A DNA stretch of 64,000 bases from Alphaproteobacteria bacterium (GTDB lineage Bacteria; Pseudomonadota; Alphaproteobacteria; UBA2966). Location: contig JABIFY010000092.1 in NCBI GenBank assembly GCA_018650465.1, positions 15,477 through 79,476 of the forward strand, in the 5' to 3' direction. The notes below the pieces were generated by a model that was given only the letters and a program-made list of their open reading frames with translations, did not search any database and was not told where the DNA came from. This document shows, one piece after another, positions 40,085-49,952 of the stretch; within the stretch, counting starts at the first letter, position 1, and the number at the start of each line of letters is the position of its first letter. The position numbers were made by a program, and so were the translations under genes.

Positions 40085-41565
40085 TGGAACTAAGTACTGT
40101 TCGCCCGATTACCCTTTTGATTGCAGCCATGGGCGGCGAAGGTGGTGGTGTGTTAACCAGCTGGATCGTCAACGCCGCGAGAAGCTGCGGTTTGCCGGTT
40201 CAAGCAACCTCCATCCCCGGAGTGGCCCAGCGCACAGGTGCAACCACATATTATATAGAAATTTGGCCAGAGGTCTTGTCTGTGGGGGCCACAAAACCGG
40301 TGCTGGCATTGGCCCCGGCCATTGGTGAAATAGATATTCTGGCGGCAACAGAATATGTTGAAACGGGTCGCATGATCGAAGCAGGCTATGTCACGCCTGA
40401 TCGCACGACCTTGATTGCGTCAAATCATCGTGTTTTCACTACGCATGAAAAACTGGCGATGGGGGATGGTCGTGCAGATGTCGCGCCGATAAAAAAAGCC
40501 ATTAAAGAGCGCGCGAAAAGAGCCGTTGTCGTCGATATGCGCGAAGCCTCAAGCAAAAGTGGCGCGGTGATCAATGCCGTTATGCTGGGGGCCATATGCG
40601 GTGCCGGTGTCTTGCCAATTACTAGAAATGTTTTTGAAGATGGCATTCAGGCTGAAGGCAAGGCTGTTGAAGCAAACCTGCGGGGCTTTAAAGCCGGACT
40701 TGACGCAGCCACAACCCGCGCAAATTCCGATGAAGTTACTGAGGCTTCGGTCGCCGTCCATTCTGCGCTGTCGCATGCGATCAGCAATGATTTTCCTCTG
40801 GCGGCGCATCAAACCCTGATACATGCGACTACTCGACTGATTGATTATCAGGATATCGCTTATGCGACAGCCTATCTCGAAAAACTGAAGCCTTTCGCGC
40901 AAGGTGATCAGGAACTTTTAGTCAGTGTCGGCCGAAATCTCGCCGTCCGGATGGCCTATGAGGATGTTTACCGTGTTGCCCAGGTGAAAGCCCACCCAGA
41001 CCGCCTGATGCGAATCAGGAAGGAAGCTCGCGCTCAAACCGGTGAGCCAATCAAGGTCAGGGAATTCTTCAAACCGCGACTATCTGAAATCAGTGATGCC
41101 TTGCCCGCAGGGCTGGGGCGTTGGCTTCAATCCCTGGCAGAGCGCAATCCTGGACTTGCGCAAAAATCGTGGCCCATGTTGATCGAAACAACCTCTGTTT
41201 CGGGATATCTGCGAATTCGGGTTTTGTCAGGATTGAGACGCATCCGTCGGTCGACCCTTCGTTTCAAAACAGAAGAACAAGCGATCACGAACTGGTTGGC
41301 GTACGTTGGCAAAGCCATGGAGACAAGTCACAAGGCTGCCATGCAAGTCTCGGAATGTTCCAGTTTGATCAAAGGGTATGGCGATACCCACAAGCGCGGC
41401 GTTAGAAGCTATAGTGCCATCATGAATCAACTCGTTGTGCCTGCCGTTACGGGCGACAAGTTTACTGACCAATTGGCCGCAGATATTTATGCCGCCAGAA
41501 CGGCAGCTTTGGCTGATCCGGAAGGCAAAAACCTGATGGCAGTTCTGGAAGGTATGGCGGCATGA
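40084..41565 (+). CDS. iorB: Indolepyruvate/2-oxoacid:ferredoxin oxidoreductase beta subunit
   Basis: ITLLIAAMGGEGGGVL...ATSIPGVAQRTGATTYYIE matches the IorB / PFOR-gamma fold. Its ATG overlaps the iorA stop (TGATG). Confidence 0.75.
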   Translation: MELSTVRPITLLIAAMGGEGGGVLTSWIVNAARSCGLPVQATSIPGVAQRTGATTYYIEIWPEVLSVGATKPVLALAPAIGEIDILAATEYVETGRMIEAGYVTPDRTTLIASNHRVFTTHEKLAMGDGRADVAPIKKAIKERAKRAVVVDMREASSKSGAVINAVMLGAICGAGVLPITRNVFEDGIQAEGKAVEANLRGFKAGLDAATTRANSDEVTEASVAVHSALSHAISNDFPLAAHQTLIHATTRLIDYQDIAYATAYLEKLKPFAQGDQELLVSVGRNLAVRMAYEDVYRVAQVKAHPDRLMRIRKEARAQTGEPIKVREFFKPRLSEISDALPAGLGRWLQSLAERNPGLAQKSWPMLIETTSVSGYLRIRVLSGLRRIRRSTLRFKTEEQAITNWLAYVGKAMETSHKAAMQVSECSSLIKGYGDTHKRGVRSYSAIMNQLVVPAVTGDKFTDQLAADIYAARTAALADPEGKNLMAVLEGMAA

Positions 41566-42968
41566 CGGGCACGACAACGAACCTCGACACCGGTGAAATG
41601 ATGGCTCTTTATGCCAGCGGCGACTTGTCTCCAGTGACAGTTGCTGAGGATCTGTTTGTGAGTATCGAAAAACAGGAACCGGTTCTGAATGCTTTCCAGG
41701 TGCTGGACCAGGAAGCCGCCCTGTCACAGGCACGTGCCAGTGAAGCACGATGGCACCGCGGTAAACCGATGGGCGATCTTGATGGTGTGCCGGTCAGTAT
41801 CAAGGAACTGATCCTGACAAAAGGCTGGCCAACCCGGCAAGGGTCGCTGACGACGGACGCTGATCAGGCCTGGGATGTTGATGCGCCTGCCGTTGCCCGG
41901 TTACGTGAAGCAGGGGCTGTATTGTTTGGAAAAACTACTTCTCCTGAATTTGGCTGGAAGGGAATAACAGACAGTCCTTTAAGTGGCGTCACCCGAAACC
42001 CGTGGAACCCGGATTATTCCCCTGGAGGTTCCAGTGGCGGGGCAGGAGCTGCCGTCGCTGCCGGTCTCGGGCCCCTGGCCCTGGGGACAGATGGCGGCGG
42101 TTCGATACGAATACCTGCCAGTTATTGCGGTTTGTTCGGCATTAAACCGACATTCGGCCGGGTGCCTTCCTGGCCTCAGGACAGTGCTTATTCGACATTG
42201 GTCAGCAGTGGCCCTCTGTCGCGTAACGTTGCTGACGCGGCCCGCATGTTGAATGTCATTACACGACCGGATTATCGCGACTGGTATGCCTTGCCGCCGG
42301 AAAAAGTGGACTACCTCGATCAACTGTCACGTCGCGTAAAGGGTTTACGTATTGGATACAGTCCATCTCTGGGCGGGGCCAAAGTGACGCCAGAAGTTGC
42401 CGGGATTGTTGCAAAAGCCATTGATACCTTCGCTGATCTGGGTGCTCACGTTGAGATCGTCGACGACATCATTGAGCCCTTGCGCCCCAGGTTTGAAGAC
42501 TATTGGGTTGCCGGATTTGCAGCTATTTATCGCAATGTACCGGTTGGCATGCGGGATCACCTGGACCCTGGTTTCAGGAAACTTGCCGAACGAGGTTTAT
42601 CAGTTGATCTGGAAGGGTATTACAAGGGACTTGCGGCGAGGGTAACGCTGGCAGAAGAATTCAGCCGTTTTTACGAAAATCATGATTTGTTAATGACCCC
42701 GACCATGCCATCCACTGCGCCCAAAGCCGATGTTATCTACCATTCCGAAACATTCGATCGCTGGAATGATGCGGTTCCATATACCGTCCCGTTCAACCTG
42801 ACAGGGTTGCCCGCAGCTTCCGTTCCGGCTGGACTTGATTCAAGGCAACTCCCTGTCGGCCTGCAAATTGTTGGCCCCAGGTTTGCCGAGTTTCGCATTT
42901 TGGCGGCAGCCGCCGCTTTTGAGCAGGTCAGACCATTTCCGACACTGCTGAAACCAGGCAACGACTGA
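41562..42968 (+). CDS. Amidase-signature family amidase
   Basis: GGSSGGAGAAVAAG signature and Ser-cisSer-Lys triad context. 4-nt overlap with iorB. Confidence 0.8.
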   Translation: MTGTTTNLDTGEMMALYASGDLSPVTVAEDLFVSIEKQEPVLNAFQVLDQEAALSQARASEARWHRGKPMGDLDGVPVSIKELILTKGWPTRQGSLTTDADQAWDVDAPAVARLREAGAVLFGKTTSPEFGWKGITDSPLSGVTRNPWNPDYSPGGSSGGAGAAVAAGLGPLALGTDGGGSIRIPASYCGLFGIKPTFGRVPSWPQDSAYSTLVSSGPLSRNVADAARMLNVITRPDYRDWYALPPEKVDYLDQLSRRVKGLRIGYSPSLGGAKVTPEVAGIVAKAIDTFADLGAHVEIVDDIIEPLRPRFEDYWVAGFAAIYRNVPVGMRDHLDPGFRKLAERGLSVDLEGYYKGLAARVTLAEEFSRFYENHDLLMTPTMPSTAPKADVIYHSETFDRWNDAVPYTVPFNLTGLPAASVPAGLDSRQLPVGLQIVGPRFAEFRILAAAAAFEQVRPFPTLLKPGND

Positions 42969-43181
42969 TAGCAGTCAGACATGCCTGCTACGGCAGAGCA
43001 TAATATTGAATTGCAAAGCCAACAGGTCATTCTGCTATTGTTTGTAACGCCAAATAGATAGAATTGTTACAAATTGACTTAAAAATGACATTCTTCTGAA
43101 ACAATTGCTGCTGATACTCGTATCAGGATTTGTGACTGTCAGTGTAGTCAACGTGATGGTGGTGCAATTCATGTTGATCAA

Positions 43182-45971
43182 TTGGAATTTGGTGCAAGAA
43201 GGGAACCGTTCGTGCTGCAAGCCAAATCAAGAGTTCTTTATGTGGAGGACTACCAATACCTTGGGATTTTGTTCCAGAAGGTCATGGCCCGTCTTGGCCT
43301 CGATATAGATTTGGCAGCAACGGGACGTGAAGGCCTTGAGAAATTTAACGACAATCCCTACGACGTTGTTGTCCTGGACTACCACTTGCCGGATATGACC
43401 GGAATTGATATTGCCCGCGAGCTATTGGAGAACAATCCTGATCAGGCCGTTGTTTTGGTAACGGGTCGCGGTGACGAGCAAACCGCTGTAAATGCTCTCA
43501 GTTTGGGTATCGCTGAATATCTGGTCAAAGACAACCAAAATATCTTTCTTGAAAAGCTGCCTGAAGTTGTCAAGAAATTATTGCTGGAAGGCGAAAAACG
43601 GCGGGAAAAAGAAGAACAAAGTGCTGCCTTGCGAGAAAGTGAAGCACGTTACCGTGCATTGTTCGAAAGTTCACTTCAAGGCATCGTCGTTCACGCGAAT
43701 TACCAACCCCTGTTTGCCAATCAAGCATTCGCAAGCATGCACGGATATGCTGATGCAGTAGAGATATGTACTCTCGAAAGCATCCTGTCCCTGTTGCCGG
43801 ACGATGAACGAGAAGCATATAAAAAGGCAACCACCTCTGTGGCCTTGGGGAGCGAGCAAACCTGGGATCATGATCATCGGGGTGTGCGCAAGGACGGCGG
43901 AACTGTTTGGTTGGATATTCGCGGGCAACAGATCCAGTGGGAAGGCAATTCTGCCATGCAGATTGTCGCAGTTGATACGACGGCGCGAAGGGAAGCGCAG
44001 TTCGAACTGGAGCAACGTGAAGCCCGCTTGCGAGAAAGCGAAGCCATGTTGCAAGCCATTCAGGAAAACTTGCCTGCGGCTCTCAATATCAAGGAAGAAG
44101 ACGGGCGCTTCACCTATGTAAACAAACAATTCAGATTGCGTTACAAGGAAAAAACAGAAAATGCGATTGGCCTCACTGCTTTCGATCTGTTTGATTCTGA
44201 AACTGCAAAGATAATTCAGGCGCATGATGCAAAGCTTCTGCGGGATGGCAACGTATCAAGTGAAGAAGTAGAAATGACCTGGCCAGACGGCAGGCCGCTT
44301 TTCGTCGAGAATATCAAGTTCCCTGTAATCTTCGGTGGCAAAAGATTTATTGGAACGATCAGTCTGGATATCACCAGGCAAAAAGAAGCATTTTTGGACC
44401 TGCAGCGAAGTGAAAAACTACTTCAAGAGTCGGAAAACTATCTTCACGAACTTATCCAGACTGCCAATGCACCGATCATTTCACTGGACAGTGAATTCCA
44501 TATTACGGACTGGAACAAGGCAGCTGAAAACATCACTGGTTATGAAAAAAGTGAGGTCCTGCAGAGCAATTTTGTTGAGCGTCTTGTCACCGAAGATATG
44601 CAACAACAAGTCAAGGAAATGCTGGTTGACAACCTTGGGGACTCCCACACCAATAATGCAAAGATTACACTGCGCACAAAATTTGGTGAGTATGCAACTG
44701 TCTTGTTCAGTACCTCTGCGCGTCGCGGTGAAGATAACAAAATTGCAGGCTTGGTCTGTATTGGACAAGATGTCACCTTGCTGATGCAAGCTCAGGACCA
44801 ACTATCGCAATCCCAAAAAATGGAAGCAGTGGGCCAGCTGACTGGCGGCATTGCACATGATTTTAATAATCTGCTGCAGATTATTTCCGGTGCCACAACC
44901 ATGCTGGAAGAACTGCATGGTAAAGAAAGCACACTAAGTAAATGGATTCGCCAAATTGAAGAAGCTGTGGACCGCGGTGGAAGTTTGACTTCTCAGCTTC
45001 TGGCTTTCTCGCGACAGCAAAACCTTAGCCCGACTGTTGTGCGGCCCGGCAAAGTGATTTCTGAAATAGAGGCATTGCTACAACGAACACTTGGTGAAGA
45101 TATTCATTGGAATATTCTTGTGTCAGGCGTTACACCTCTGGTCAATGTTGACGCGCATGCCTTGCAAAATGCCATCATCAATCTCTGCGTAAACTCCAGG
45201 GCCGCGATGCCCGCTGGTGGGGAGTTGTCAATCAAGGTTGCCGAGACGGAAATTGCGGAAGATGAAGTGGTCGATGATGATATTGTTGCCGCTGGATCGT
45301 TTGTTGAGATTTCAGTTTCTGACAATGGTGAGGGTATGACGCCGGAGATTCTTGAAAATGCGATCAATCCATTTTTCTCAACCAAGCCTGTCGGTGAAGG
45401 AACCGGACTTGGTTTGAGCATGGTCTACGGCTTTAGCCGCCAATCAGGTGGCTTGACCAGGATTGACAGTAAAGTTGGCGTCGGCACGCGTGTCAGCATA
45501 TTGTTGCCGGTTACGAAATCGGCGGTCGATGACGACGCGACACCTGATTTGATCGCCGGGAACGATCCGGAACAATCGTCACAGCAACCTGAGGTCGTCG
45601 TAATTTCCGGACCAATTCTTGTTGTTGAAGACAATAAAGAGGTCAGGGATACAACCTGCGCCATGCTTGAGGTGTTTGGCTACGAATTTGTTGAAGCTGA
45701 AAATGCCAGCAATGCCTTGGAGATTCTTTCTCAGCGGCCAGACATAAATACGGTTTTCAGCGATGTTGTGATGCCAGGCGGCATGAGTGGATTTGACCTT
45801 GCCAAAAAGCTGGGAGAATCGGGTCGAAAGTACAATGTGTTGCTGACGTCAGGCTATCCCGACAAATTGAGCCACGGAAATTCGATTGTCGACCATTCCA
45901 TTCAAATGATTGCCAAGCCCTTCTCGATAGCAGACCTTGAAACGGCGCTGGGCAATTTAGTCAGGAGCTAA
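43182..45971 (+). CDS. Hybrid sensor histidine kinase: REC-PAS(x2-3)-HisKA-HATPase-REC
   Basis: N-terminal receiver (VVVLDYHLPDMTG). H-box [21 protein letters not shown]. HATPase G-boxes. C-terminal receiver (ILVVEDN...DVVMPGGMSG). TTG start at 43182, so the true start may be the GTG at 43212. Confidence 0.8.
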   Translation: MEFGARREPFVLQAKSRVLYVEDYQYLGILFQKVMARLGLDIDLAATGREGLEKFNDNPYDVVVLDYHLPDMTGIDIARELLENNPDQAVVLVTGRGDEQTAVNALSLGIAEYLVKDNQNIFLEKLPEVVKKLLLEGEKRREKEEQSAALRESEARYRALFESSLQGIVVHANYQPLFANQAFASMHGYADAVEICTLESILSLLPDDEREAYKKATTSVALGSEQTWDHDHRGVRKDGGTVWLDIRGQQIQWEGNSAMQIVAVDTTARREAQFELEQREARLRESEAMLQAIQENLPAALNIKEEDGRFTYVNKQFRLRYKEKTENAIGLTAFDLFDSETAKIIQAHDAKLLRDGNVSSEEVEMTWPDGRPLFVENIKFPVIFGGKRFIGTISLDITRQKEAFLDLQRSEKLLQESENYLHELIQTANAPIISLDSEFHITDWNKAAENITGYEKSEVLQSNFVERLVTEDMQQQVKEMLVDNLGDSHTNNAKITLRTKFGEYATVLFSTSARRGEDNKIAGLVCIGQDVTLLMQAQDQLSQSQKMEAVGQLTGGIAHDFNNLLQIISGATTMLEELHGKESTLSKWIRQIEEAVDRGGSLTSQLLAFSRQQNLSPTVVRPGKVISEIEALLQRTLGEDIHWNILVSGVTPLVNVDAHALQNAIINLCVNSRAAMPAGGELSIKVAETEIAEDEVVDDDIVAAGSFVEISVSDNGEGMTPEILENAINPFFSTKPVGEGTGLGLSMVYGFSRQSGGLTRIDSKVGVGTRVSILLPVTKSAVDDDATPDLIAGNDPEQSSQQPEVVVISGPILVVEDNKEVRDTTCAMLEVFGYEFVEAENASNALEILSQRPDINTVFSDVVMPGGMSGFDLAKKLGESGRKYNVLLTSGYPDKLSHGNSIVDHSIQMIAKPFSIADLETALGNLVRS

Positions 45972-45991
45972 AGCGTTTTCTAAGATCTATC

Positions 45992-46006
45992 TGGAACGCC
46001 TGTTGC
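45992..46006 (+). promoter_or_regulatory. Sigma-54 (-24/-12)-like element TGGAACgcctgTTGCT
   Basis: GG and GC dinucleotides at the consensus 10-nt spacing (TGGCAC-N5-TTGC, one mismatch). Lies about 130 bp upstream of the aldehyde dehydrogenase start. Confidence 0.3.
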
Positions 46007-46139
46007 TCTTGATCTGTTGAAAAACCCAGATATTCCATACATTTATTGTTGATGTCGGTTTATTTGCTGGTCCCGTTGTCAGCAGGTGGTTTTTCGTGGG
46101 AAAACACAGGTTCTGAATATAGAAGAGGATGCAGGTAGT

Positions 46140-47567
46140 ATGCTGATCAACGGAAATTGGACCGAAGCCCCTGAAGGCGCTTTGTTTGACGTTATTAACC
46201 CGGCAAATGGAGACGTGGTGGGGCAAGTGCCGGATGGTAATGCAGCATCTGCCCGATCCGCCATTGAAGCGGCTGCGGCTGCCTTTGGTTCCTGGTCAAA
46301 AACTACTGCACATGCCAGATCTGCAATCCTTTACAAGGCCTGGCAACTGATGCTGGAGCGCAAGGAGGACCTGGCCCGGACGATGACGCTGGAGCAGGGA
46401 AAACCGCTGCGTGCGGCGACGACCGAAGTTCAGTATGCAGCTGATTTTCTGCTTTGGTTCGCCGAAGAAGCAAAGCGAAGCTATGGGGAAACCATCCCCT
46501 CGGCCCGGGCCGATCAACGCTTTATTGTATCTCATTATCCGGTTGGTGTGGTTGCCGCGATTACGCCGTGGAATTACCCCGTTTCCATGATTACCCGAAA
46601 AGTGGGCCCGGCGTTGGCTGCGGGCTGTACCGTTGTATTAAAACCGGCTGAGGCCACACCGCTGTGTGCAATCAAGGTTTTCGAAATATTGACAGAAGCT
46701 GGCCTGCCTGACGGTGTCATCAACCTTGTAACAACAAGCAATCCAGCACCGGTGGGCGAAGAATTTGTTTCCAACCCCCTGGTGCGGAAACTCACCTTCA
46801 CCGGCTCGACCGCTGTCGGCAAGATGCTGGCTGGCAAAGCTGCCGGCAACATGAAGCGTGTGTCCTGTGAATTGGGCGGCCATGCGCCGTTTCTGGTATT
46901 TGATGACGCTGACCCGGTACACGCGGCCAAGGGCGTGCAGTTGGTGAAATTTCTGAACACCGGCCAGGCTTGCATCAGTCCTAACCGTATATTTGTGCAC
47001 CAGTCCAAAGTCGATGCCTTTGTCGATACCCTGCAATCGCGGGTCGCGAACATGAAGGCGGGCTCAGGCATGGAAGATGGTGTGACCATCGGACCACTTG
47101 TTGATGAGCGCGCCGTTGCCAAGGTTTCTGCCCAGGTCGATGATGCCGTCGCCAAGGGAGCTGAAGTCGTTTGCGGCGGTAATCGGTTGCTTTCCAACGG
47201 ACTGGAAAAAGGATTCTTTTATGCACCAACGGTGCTTAGGGGTGTGACGCCGGACATGTTGATCTACCGCGAGGAAACTTTTGGACCGGTCGCCCCGATC
47301 ATCACCTTTGACGATGATCAGGAAGCGCTGAAAATGGCAAATGATACAAATTATGGCCTCGCGGCTTATGTTTACACACGCGATATCTCACGCGCCATGC
47401 GCATGTTTGAAGCGCTGGAATTTGGCATTATCGGGGTGAACGATATTAACCCCAGCGCCGCATCGGCACCGTTTGGCGGCATGAAGGACAGTGGTCTTGG
47501 CCGCGAGGGCAGTCGTGAAGGTATGGCTGAATATCTTGAAACCAAACTGGGTGGCTTCGCGATTTAG
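46140..47567 (+). CDS. NAD(P)-dependent aldehyde dehydrogenase (succinate-semialdehyde-dehydrogenase-like)
   Basis: MLINGNWTEAP...VINPANGDV N-terminus. ELGGHAP and catalytic Cys (QACISPNR) are present. Confidence 0.8.
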   Translation: MLINGNWTEAPEGALFDVINPANGDVVGQVPDGNAASARSAIEAAAAAFGSWSKTTAHARSAILYKAWQLMLERKEDLARTMTLEQGKPLRAATTEVQYAADFLLWFAEEAKRSYGETIPSARADQRFIVSHYPVGVVAAITPWNYPVSMITRKVGPALAAGCTVVLKPAEATPLCAIKVFEILTEAGLPDGVINLVTTSNPAPVGEEFVSNPLVRKLTFTGSTAVGKMLAGKAAGNMKRVSCELGGHAPFLVFDDADPVHAAKGVQLVKFLNTGQACISPNRIFVHQSKVDAFVDTLQSRVANMKAGSGMEDGVTIGPLVDERAVAKVSAQVDDAVAKGAEVVCGGNRLLSNGLEKGFFYAPTVLRGVTPDMLIYREETFGPVAPIITFDDDQEALKMANDTNYGLAAYVYTRDISRAMRMFEALEFGIIGVNDINPSAASAPFGGMKDSGLGREGSREGMAEYLETKLGGFAI

Positions 47568-47599
47568 GAATTGGTTAAAAACGGACTTGTAATTTGCGA

Positions 47600-47618
47600 T
47601 AATAAATACTATTTATTA
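47600..47618. promoter_or_regulatory. Perfect AT-rich palindrome TAATAAATA-c-TATTTATTA (operator-like), with an imperfect second copy at 47630-47646
   Basis: Seen directly. Lies in the 160-bp gap upstream of the MDR oxidoreductase gene. Confidence 0.4.
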
Positions 47619-47728
47619 ATTGAAGTTTCTAATAAATAGTATTTTTGGAAATATGTAACCACAGTATTCCGGCCTTTTCTGACACAGGCAAACGCCTTGA
47701 AAACCGGTGCAAAACAAGGACCGTTGAT

Positions 47729-48742
47729 ATGAAATCCATTGGTTTCACCCACTCTCTTGCCGTTGACGAAGCGCAAAGCCTGTTTGAATTTGATACGCCA
47801 GATCCCGTAGCGGTTGGCCGCGACTTACTGGTTGATGTCAAAGCTGTTTCCGTTAATCCGGCTGATGCCAAACGACGCCTTCGCACAGCCGTTGATGCCC
47901 CGCACGAAACCCCGCTGGTGTTGGGTTACGACGCTGTTGGTGTTGTGGCGGCGATTGGATCGGACGTATCAAACTTTGCTGTTGGCGATGAGGTCTGGTA
48001 CGCCGGAGATGCAAACCGCCCCGGCAGCAACGCCCAGCGCCAACTGGTCGACGAGCGTGTCGTGGGCCGCAAGCCGTCGAACCTTTCCTGGGCCGAAGCC
48101 GCGGCCATGCCGCTGACCGGACTGACATCGTTCGAGATGTTATTTGACCGCTTCGGTATTGCCGAAAGCAGCGGCAAGGGCAAATCCTTGTTGGTCATCG
48201 GCGGTGCCGGTGGTGTGGGATCGCTGACAATCCAGTTGGCCCGCAAACTGACAGACCTGACGGTAATCGCCACCGCGTCAAGGCCGGAAACCGCAGAATG
48301 GTGCCGGGAAATGGGCGCCCATGAAATTGTTGATCACCGTGATCTGGTCGCTGAGGTTCAGGGCAAAGGCTTTGAAACCGTTGAATATATTGCCAATTAC
48401 GCCGACACCTCGCAGCACTGGGACGCCATGTCGACGCTGGTAGCACCGCAAGGCAAGCTGGGCTGCATCGTTGAAACCGACGATCTGATCGATGTCACCA
48501 GTCTGCAAGGAAAATCGGCTTCCCTGCATTGGGAATTGATGTTTACCCGTTCCATGTTTGGCACCGATGATGTGGCCCGCCAGCACGATATTCTGAACCG
48601 TATCGCGGATCTGGTGGAGAGTGGCGATATCCGTTCGACCCTGCGCCAAACTTTGAACGGTTTTTCGGCCGATGTGCTGAAAGACGGGCACCGGATCATC
48701 GAAACCGGCCAGGTATTCGGCAAGCTGGTCATCGAATACTGA
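47729..48742 (+). CDS. Zinc-independent MDR-family quinone oxidoreductase/alcohol dehydrogenase (YhdH/Qor-like)
   Basis: MDR fold with nucleotide-binding loop VIGGAGGVGS. Confidence 0.75.
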   Translation: MKSIGFTHSLAVDEAQSLFEFDTPDPVAVGRDLLVDVKAVSVNPADAKRRLRTAVDAPHETPLVLGYDAVGVVAAIGSDVSNFAVGDEVWYAGDANRPGSNAQRQLVDERVVGRKPSNLSWAEAAAMPLTGLTSFEMLFDRFGIAESSGKGKSLLVIGGAGGVGSLTIQLARKLTDLTVIATASRPETAEWCREMGAHEIVDHRDLVAEVQGKGFETVEYIANYADTSQHWDAMSTLVAPQGKLGCIVETDDLIDVTSLQGKSASLHWELMFTRSMFGTDDVARQHDILNRIADLVESGDIRSTLRQTLNGFSADVLKDGHRIIETGQVFGKLVIEY

Positions 48743-48774
48743 AGCGAATATCAAGCCTGATTCCATAAGGAAAA

Positions 48775-48841
48775 GCGGCGGCATTTTGTAGCAATTGAGA
48801 CCCTTTTTGGGATCATTTTGTCGCAAATGCTGCCGTTTTTT
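48775..48841. terminator. Candidate bidirectional terminator (long compound hairpin + T6)
   Basis: GCGGCGGCATTTTG ... CAAATGCTGCCG stem with an inner ACCC-TTTTT-GGG hairpin. Flanked by aaaa and tttttt. Lies between the convergent MDR and galE genes. Confidence 0.35.
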
Positions 48842-48847
48842 ATGGAT

Positions 48848-49867
48848 TCAGGACGTTATTTCAGGTGTGAAACGCTTTCGGTGCCAGGCCCAGGCATCAG
48901 TGACAATCGTCTCGATATCGCTGCGCACAGCTTGCCAGGAAAGTAATTTATACGCTAATGACGGATCGGCCACCAGGCGGGGTGGATCACCGGCACGTCT
49001 GGCTGCATCGGTCGTTGGAATTGTTGACCCCGTCACCCGACTGGCGGCATCGATCACTTCGCGCACTGAGGCACCCGTGCCGGTCCCGAGATTAAGCGCC
49101 AGGGATTTTCCGTCTTTCAGTAAATGATCGAGCGCCGCTACATGGGCCCGGGCCAAATCCGAGACGTGAATATAATCACGCACGGCGGTGCCGTCGGCGG
49201 TTGCATAATCATTGCCAAAAATCCGGATCCCGTCTCGTCTACCCAGGGCCGCATCCAGGATGATTGGAATGAGATGGGTTTCAGGATTGTGATGTTCACC
49301 GATTTCTTCATCCGGGTCTGCTCCCGCCGCGTTGAAATACCGCAAACAGGCCGAGCGCAAGCCGTGGTCCACGCCGGACGCCTGGATCATTTCTTCACAG
49401 GCAAGCTTGGTTTCGCCATAGGGGTTGCCAGGCTTTTTGCCGGCGGCTTCGTCAATCAGATCGACGTCCGGTTCGCCAAAGATTGCGGCGGTTGATGAAA
49501 ACACCAGGGGCGGAACGTTGCCAGAGAATTCAGATGTCGTCATGGCGTCCAGCAAATTCCGGGTGCCACCACAATTAACTTGTTTGTACAAATCCGGTTG
49601 TTCTACCGATTGGCCCACCAGCGAGAGGGCGGCAAAGTGCATCACGGCGATGGGCCGGGTTTGTGCGACAGCATCTTTTAAGGCGACCGCATCCCGCACG
49701 TCGCCCTCGATGACCGGTCCCCAGCGAACAAAGTCCCGATGGCCGGTGCTGAAATTATCAAACACGACGGGCGCATAACCTGCCTTGGCCAATGCCTTGG
49801 CGCAATGGCTGCCGACATACCCGGCCCCGCCGGTGACAAGAATATTTTTTTGTTCCTGTTTCGTCAT
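48848..49867 (-). CDS. galE: UDP-glucose 4-epimerase
   Basis: ILVTGGAGYVGSH Rossmann motif, YxxxK and overall GalE colinearity. Confidence 0.85.
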   Translation of the reverse strand: MTKQEQKNILVTGGAGYVGSHCAKALAKAGYAPVVFDNFSTGHRDFVRWGPVIEGDVRDAVALKDAVAQTRPIAVMHFAALSLVGQSVEQPDLYKQVNCGGTRNLLDAMTTSEFSGNVPPLVFSSTAAIFGEPDVDLIDEAAGKKPGNPYGETKLACEEMIQASGVDHGLRSACLRYFNAAGADPDEEIGEHHNPETHLIPIILDAALGRRDGIRIFGNDYATADGTAVRDYIHVSDLARAHVAALDHLLKDGKSLALNLGTGTGASVREVIDAASRVTGSTIPTTDAARRAGDPPRLVADPSLAYKLLSWQAVRSDIETIVTDAWAWHRKRFTPEITS

Positions 49868-49952
49868 TTGCCGTGATCATAGGGCGGTAATTGAGACCTG
49901 ACGAGGCGGCAAAAGACAAATATCTTGACTCCCAAATACCGTTTGCATACTA

